Positions 59,171 to 64,000 of a stretch of 64,000 nucleotides of DNA are shown piece by piece. Origin of the DNA: Alphaproteobacteria bacterium (lineage in GTDB: Bacteria > Pseudomonadota > Alphaproteobacteria > CALKHQ01); the NCBI GenBank assembly GCA_965227515.1, contig CBDDFZ010000001.1, positions 2,816,001 through 2,880,000 on the forward strand, in the 5' to 3' direction. The notes below the pieces were generated by a model that was given only the letters and a program-made list of their open reading frames with translations, did no database searches and was not told where the DNA came from. Position 1 is the stretch's first letter. Each line of letters begins with the position of its first letter. The position numbers and the translations under genes were made by a program.

Positions 59171-61066
59171 TCACGTCTCCGCCTCGGCCATGGCGGCCTC
59201 GAACGCTTCCTGCGCCTCCAGCCAGCTTTCCTCCGCCGTTTCCAACTGGCGGGCGATGTCGGCCAGCTCGATCTGCAATGCCGTCACCGCATCCGCCGGC
59301 CCGTCATAGAGTTTCGGATCGGCGAGCTTCGCTTCCAGCTTGGCCTTGCGGGCATTGAGGTCGGCCATCTGCCGCTCGCTGTCGCGCACGTCGCGCTTCA
59401 GATGCGCCACCGACTGGCGCACGGCGGCCGCCGCGCGGCGCTGTTCCTTCTTGTTGCCCTCGCCTGACGCATCGCTTCCGCCGCCGCTGCGCGCCGTGCG
59501 ACCGGTGCGCTGCAGCAGGCCCTCGGTATAGGTGTCTAGATCGCCGTCCAGCGGCTTGCAGGTGCCGTCGGCAACGTGCCACAGCCGGTCGACCGAGCGG
59601 TTGAGCAGGGCCGGGTCGTGGCTGACCAGGATGACCGCGCCCTCGTACTCGGCAAGCGCTGAGATCAGGGCCTCGCGCGCGTCCATGTCCAGGTGGTTGG
59701 TCGGCTCGTCCAGCAGCATCAGGTGGGGGGCCGAGCGGGTCATCAGCGCGAACAGCAGCCGCGCCTTCTCGCCGCCGGAGAGCAGGCCCACCCGCAGGTC
59801 GGCCTTCTCGGTGTCGATGCCGAAGCGGGCGAGGTGGGAGCGGCAGGCCTGGTCGTTGGCGTCTCGCAACGCCGCGCGCATGTGGTCCATGGCGGTGCGG
59901 TCCAGGTCCATCTCGTCGGACTGGGCCTGGCTGAAATAGCCGATCTTGAGCTTGCGCGACTTCGACACGTGGCCCGACTGCGGCTCCAGGCGGCCGGAGA
60001 GCAGGCGGATCAGCGTGGTCTTGCCGTTGCCGTTGGCGCCGACCAGGCCGATGCGGTCGTCCATGTCGATGCGCAGGTTCAGCCGGCTGAGGATCGGCTT
60101 GTCGGGGTCGTAGCCGACGGCCACGTTCTCGACGCCGATCACCGGCGGCGGCAATTGGTCGACGGGCGGGAAGTCGAAGCGTGTCGCCCGGTCGTCGCCG
60201 ATGGGGGCGATGGTCTCCATCCGCTCCAGCGCCTTGATCCGGCTTTGCGCCTGGCGCGCCTTGGTCGCCTTGGCGCGGAACCGGTCGATGAACGACTGGA
60301 TGCGCGCGCGTTCCCTTTGCTGGCGGGCGAAGAGGGCGGCGGCATGGGCCTCGCGCGACCGGCGGGTGCGGTCGAAGGTGTCGTAGTTGCCGCGATAGGA
60401 GACCAGTTGGCGCTGCTGGATGTGGACGATGTGGGTGCACACCGCGTTCAGCAATTGGCGGTCGTGGCTGATCAGCAGGAGCGTGCCGTCGTAGCGGGCC
60501 AGATAGGTCTCCAGCCACAATCGCGCTTCCAGGTCCAGGTAGTTGCTGGGCTCGTCCAGCAGCATCAGGTCGGCGCGGGCGAACAGCACCGCCGCCAGCG
60601 CCACCCGCATGCGCCAGCCGCCGGAGAACGTGCTGCACGGCCGCTGCTGGGCCGCGTGGTCGAAGCCCAGCCCGGCCAGGATGGTGGCGGCGCGCGCCGG
60701 GGCGGCATGGGCGTCGATATCGTCCAGGCGGGTGTGGATGTCGCCCAGCCGGTGCGGGTCGGTGGCGTGCTCGGCCTCGTCCAGCAGGGACGCGCGCTCG
60801 GTGTCGGCGGCGAGCACGGTCTCCAGCAGGCTCTGGGGGCCGTCGGGCGGTTCCTGCGCCATGGCGACGATATCGACCCGCGGTCCAGGGTTGATGGTCT
60901 GCGGCGGCGCCATCCACGGGTTCTGGATCAGGCGGAACAGGGTCGACTTGCCGGCACCGTTCGCTCCGACCAGGCCCACCCGCTGGCGCGCGGTGATCGC
61001 CATCGTCGCATGCTCATAGAGCACGCGGTCGCCGATCTCGTAGGTCAGGTCATTGATATGCAGCAT
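59171..61066 (-). CDS. ABC-F family ATP-binding protein
   Basis: Two ABC domains (GANGAGKST/FSGGWRMR and GANGNGKTT/LSGGEKAR), no TM, C-terminal coiled coil. Confidence 0.95.
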   Translation of the reverse strand: MLHINDLTYEIGDRVLYEHATMAITARQRVGLVGANGAGKSTLFRLIQNPWMAPPQTINPGPRVDIVAMAQEPPDGPQSLLETVLAADTERASLLDEAEHATDPHRLGDIHTRLDDIDAHAAPARAATILAGLGFDHAAQQRPCSTFSGGWRMRVALAAVLFARADLMLLDEPSNYLDLEARLWLETYLARYDGTLLLISHDRQLLNAVCTHIVHIQQRQLVSYRGNYDTFDRTRRSREAHAAALFARQQRERARIQSFIDRFRAKATKARQAQSRIKALERMETIAPIGDDRATRFDFPPVDQLPPPVIGVENVAVGYDPDKPILSRLNLRIDMDDRIGLVGANGNGKTTLIRLLSGRLEPQSGHVSKSRKLKIGYFSQAQSDEMDLDRTAMDHMRAALRDANDQACRSHLARFGIDTEKADLRVGLLSGGEKARLLFALMTRSAPHLMLLDEPTNHLDMDAREALISALAEYEGAVILVSHDPALLNRSVDRLWHVADGTCKPLDGDLDTYTEGLLQRTGRTARSGGGSDASGEGNKKEQRRAAAAVRQSVAHLKRDVRDSERQMADLNARKAKLEAKLADPKLYDGPADAVTALQIELADIARQLETAEESWLEAQEAFEAAMAEAET

Positions 61067-61201
61067 AGCGGTGAGGGTGGCCTGCCTGCGCACGGCACGT
61101 GGCACGTGTCAATGGGGAGAATTGCCGGCGCTGCCCTTGCGCATGGGCGCGCACGCCGTCTATAAGGCCGCGTCGTTTTCAGGCCAAGGAGAAGTCACCA
61201 C

Positions 61202-61624
61202 ATGGCGGTCCAGCGCACTTTGTCAATCATCAAGCCGGACGCAACGCGCCGCAACCTGACCGGGCGAATCCTGGCCATGTTCGAGGAGGCGGGCCTGCGC
61301 ATCGTCGCGCAGAAGCGCATCCACCTTTCGCAGGCGGATGCCGAGCGGTTTTATGCCGTGCACAAGGAGCGTTCGTTCTTCAACGACCTGTGCGCGTTCA
61401 TGTCGTCCGGCCCCGTCGTGGTGCAGGTGCTGGAGGGCGAGGATGCCATCGCCCAGAACCGCGCCGTCATGGGCGCCACCAACCCGGCGAATGCCGACGA
61501 GGGCACGGTGCGCAAGCTCTACGGCGAATCCGTGGAGGCGAACTCGGTGCACGGCTCCGACGCGCCGGAAACCGCGGCGGCGGAGATCAAGTTCTTCTTT
61601 TCCGATATGGAAATCGTGGGCTGA
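61202..61624 (+). CDS. ndk: Nucleoside diphosphate kinase
   Basis: [10 protein letters not shown] and NSVHGSD. Confidence 0.98.
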   Translation: MAVQRTLSIIKPDATRRNLTGRILAMFEEAGLRIVAQKRIHLSQADAERFYAVHKERSFFNDLCAFMSSGPVVVQVLEGEDAIAQNRAVMGATNPANADEGTVRKLYGESVEANSVHGSDAPETAAAEIKFFFSDMEIVG

Positions 61625-61662
61625 CGGTCCACGTCGCTCAAGACCAGATACACACAAAAGTT

Positions 61663-61838
61663 GTCGCCCTCGCCCTCGTGGCGAGGGCCCATCGATGTGC
61701 AGGACTCCAGAGCAGCCCGATGCTTTCGAGCCTTGTGATGCGACGGTCGTCAGCCGACCGCCATCAGTGTGATGACCTGCTCTTAAGCTATTGAAATACT
61801 GGACACAAATGGATCCTCGGGACAAGCCCGAGGATGAC
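61663..61838. repeat. REP-spacer-IHF-REP module, copy 3 (176 bp)
   Basis: REPs at 61663-61691 and 61810-61838; TAAGCTATTGAAA at 61784-61796. Confidence 0.85.
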
Positions 61839-61922
61839 GATGAAGTGTCCGTATTACGTCTAATTTCGCCGCCCACATTGGCGAAGACGGCGAATGGAGT
61901 ATGGGGGTAGCGACCCGTCGGC

Positions 61923-62048
61923 CTACAGGAACGCCCAGGCCATCAGCAGCAGGATGATCACCACGGCGATGATCGACTTCATCGAGATGCTGGTGAAGCT
62001 CTTCCAGGTCTTGACGTGGGCTTCGTCGATCTGGTTCAGGTCGACCAT
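61923..62048 (-). CDS. 41-aa small membrane protein, aa3-type cytochrome c oxidase subunit IV-like
   Basis: MVDLNQIDEAHVKTWKSFTSISMKSIIAVVIILLLMAWAFL; GGAGGG RBS; absent from the ORF track. Confidence 0.8.
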   Translation of the reverse strand: MVDLNQIDEAHVKTWKSFTSISMKSIIAVVIILLLMAWAFL

Positions 62049-62115
62049 GCTTTCCCCTCCGGTCTGTTCCCGCTAGCGCGCTGAAATCAGCTTTTGCCGC
62101 AGCCGCCGGCCAGGG

Positions 62116-62754
62116 TCAAGCACCGGTGTCCGGTGGCACGATGTCGGCCAGCCCCGGCGGCGGGCGGACGTCGCCGCGGGCGATCGCGGCGACCGCCGAC
62201 GGGTACAGGCGATGCTCCACCGCGAGCACCCGCGCAGCGAGCGTATCGGGCGTGTCGCCGGGCAGGACCGGCACGCGCTCCTGCGCGATGATCGGGCCGC
62301 CATCCAGTTCGGCGGTCACGAAGTGCACCGTACAGCCGGATTCGGCGCGGCCATCGGCGATGACGCGGGCGTGGGTGTCCAGCCCCTTGTAGTCGGGCAG
62401 CAGCGACGGATGGATGTTGACCAGCCGCCCGGTCCAGGCCTGTACGAATGACGGCGACAGCACCCGCATGAAGCCGGCCAGGCACACCAGGTCCACCCCG
62501 GCGGCACGGAGCGCGTCAGTCAGGGCAGCTTCGAAGCCCGCCTTGTCTGCGTGGGCTTTGTGATCGACCACCGAGGACGGAATGCCGGCGGCGTCGGCGC
62601 GGGCGAGGCCGGCGGCGTCGGCACGATTGGAGACGACCAGCACGATCTCCGCCGGGGCGCCGGGGACCGAGAAGGCGTCGATCAGCGCCTGCAAATTCGA
62701 TCCGCGGCCGGAGATCAGGACGCCTAGCCGCATCACGCCCTGTACTTCGCGCAT
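62116..62754 (-). CDS. purN: Phosphoribosylglycinamide formyltransferase
   Basis: ISGRGSNL, LAGFMR and NIHPSLLP; start 62754 (TGATG overlap) or 62733. Confidence 0.97.
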   Translation of the reverse strand: MREVQGVMRLGVLISGRGSNLQALIDAFSVPGAPAEIVLVVSNRADAAGLARADAAGIPSSVVDHKAHADKAGFEAALTDALRAAGVDLVCLAGFMRVLSPSFVQAWTGRLVNIHPSLLPDYKGLDTHARVIADGRAESGCTVHFVTAELDGGPIIAQERVPVLPGDTPDTLAARVLAVEHRLYPSAVAAIARGDVRPPPGLADIVPPDTGA

Positions 62755-63827
62755 CACGCCCGGTTCGGCCAGTCGTTGACGATCTCCGCGTCCGGTGCAC
62801 CGTCGCCTTCGATCACCTCGCCGACCACATGGACGGTCTCGCCATAGGTGGCGAGCACCTGACGCAGCACGCCAAGCCTGTCCGGCCGGACATAGGCAAG
62901 CATGCCGAGGCCGCAATTGAAGGTGCCGATCAGGTCGGCGCGGTCGAGCCCGCCGGTGTCCGCCAGCCAGCCGAAGACAGGCGGCAATTCCCAGGCCGAC
63001 AGGTCGATGCGCGCGCTCAGCCCACGGGGCAGCACCCGTGGCGGGTTCGTCACCAGCGCACCGCCGGTGATGTGGGCGAGCCCGGTGACCAGGCCGGCCT
63101 GATGCGCGGCCAGGCAGGAGGCGACATAGAGCCGGGTCGGCGTCATCAGTGCCGCGCCGAGCGACAGCGCTTGGGCGGGGAAGGGCGGTGGTGCCGACAG
63201 GTCGCAGCCGGCGTCGGCGACGATGCGCCGGACCAGCGAGAAGCCGTTGGCGTGCACGCCGTCGGAGGCCAGGCCCACGATCAGGTCGCCGGCGGCGATG
63301 TGGCTGCCGTCGAGCAGGTTGCCGCGCTCCGCCGCACCGACCGCGAAGCCGGCGAGGTCGAAATGGCCCGGCGCATAGAGCCCGGGCATCTCCGCCGTCT
63401 CGCCGCCGATCAACGCGCAACCGGCGGTCTTGCAGCCCTGGGCGATGCCGGCGACCACGGCCTCGGCCGCCGCCGGCTCCAGCTTGCCGGTGGCGAAATA
63501 GTCCAGGAAGAACAGCGGCTCGGCGCCCTGCACGACCAGGTCGTTCACGCACATGGCGACAAGGTCGATGCCGACGCCCTGGTTGAGGCCGGTTTCCGCC
63601 GCCATCTCCACCTTGGTGCCGACACCGTCGGTGGCCGCGACCAGGATCGGGTCGCGATAGCCGGTGGCGGCCAGGTCGAAAAGCCCGCCAAACCCGCCCA
63701 GCCCGCCATCCGCGCCGGGCCGCGCGGTGCTGGCGGCCAGCGGCGCAATATTGCCGACGAAGCGGTCGCCCGCTTCAACGTCGACACCGGCGTCTCGATA
63801 TCGGTCGGCCAAGGTCCGAGTCCCCAA
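62754..63827 (-). CDS. purM: Phosphoribosylformylglycinamidine cyclo-ligase
   Basis: [21 protein letters not shown] and HITGG. Confidence 0.97.
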   Translation of the reverse strand: MGTRTLADRYRDAGVDVEAGDRFVGNIAPLAASTARPGADGGLGGFGGLFDLAATGYRDPILVAATDGVGTKVEMAAETGLNQGVGIDLVAMCVNDLVVQGAEPLFFLDYFATGKLEPAAAEAVVAGIAQGCKTAGCALIGGETAEMPGLYAPGHFDLAGFAVGAAERGNLLDGSHIAAGDLIVGLASDGVHANGFSLVRRIVADAGCDLSAPPPFPAQALSLGAALMTPTRLYVASCLAAHQAGLVTGLAHITGGALVTNPPRVLPRGLSARIDLSAWELPPVFGWLADTGGLDRADLIGTFNCGLGMLAYVRPDRLGVLRQVLATYGETVHVVGEVIEGDGAPDAEIVNDWPNRA

Positions 63828-63915
63828 AAAATGCCCTAATCTCCGATAGCATATGGTGGCCGTCGGTGCGATGCGTCGTGGTGACGGCAGCGCGGGGCTT
63901 GCGGTAGCGGAGGGA

Positions 63916-64000
63916 ATGATGGCGTCGGGAATTATGGCGTCGAGATTGATGGCGTTACGGGGCGCATTTCTGGCGGTTCTGGCGTGCCTGTTGGCGTTGC
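63916..64000 (+). CDS. 5' end of an exported protein, truncated by the window (DUF2066-like by synteny only)
   Basis: GGAGGG then [28 protein letters not shown] signal peptide, divergent from purM. Confidence 0.5.
   Translation, partial: MMASGIMASRLMALRGAFLAVLACLLAL

Overview
High-GC alphaproteobacterial chromosomal segment (Rhodospirillales-like gene order, inferred). Most of it is conserved backbone: moaA/fdhD, yfgM-bamB-der, dnaB-alr-mlaEF-radA-cvpA-purF, rpsF-rpsR-rplI, fabD-fabG-acpP-fabF-mltG, yicC-gmk, lptFGD-surA-rsmA (no pdxA), pepA-holC, ABC-F, ndk and purMN. Accessory genes include an RND pump, an exported 23-aa LRR protein, two low-GC single-gene insertions (an HNH-like nuclease bracketed by a duplicated deoR 3' end, and an AlbA/Schlafen-ATPase-like protein), an exported caspase-YbjN fusion, and an MBOAT/SGNH/lysozyme-like trio with a CtrA box. 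The strongest unexplained signal is non-coding. Three intergenic modules of 175, 174 and 176 bp each consist of two inverted 29-nt covarying REP hairpins around unrelated sequence, with an IHF-consensus-like 13-mer exactly 13 nt from one REP. Several other palindromic or MITE-like elements occur. No rRNA, tRNA, CRISPR array, integrase or transposase was seen. All family calls come from motif recognition by eye, not database searches.
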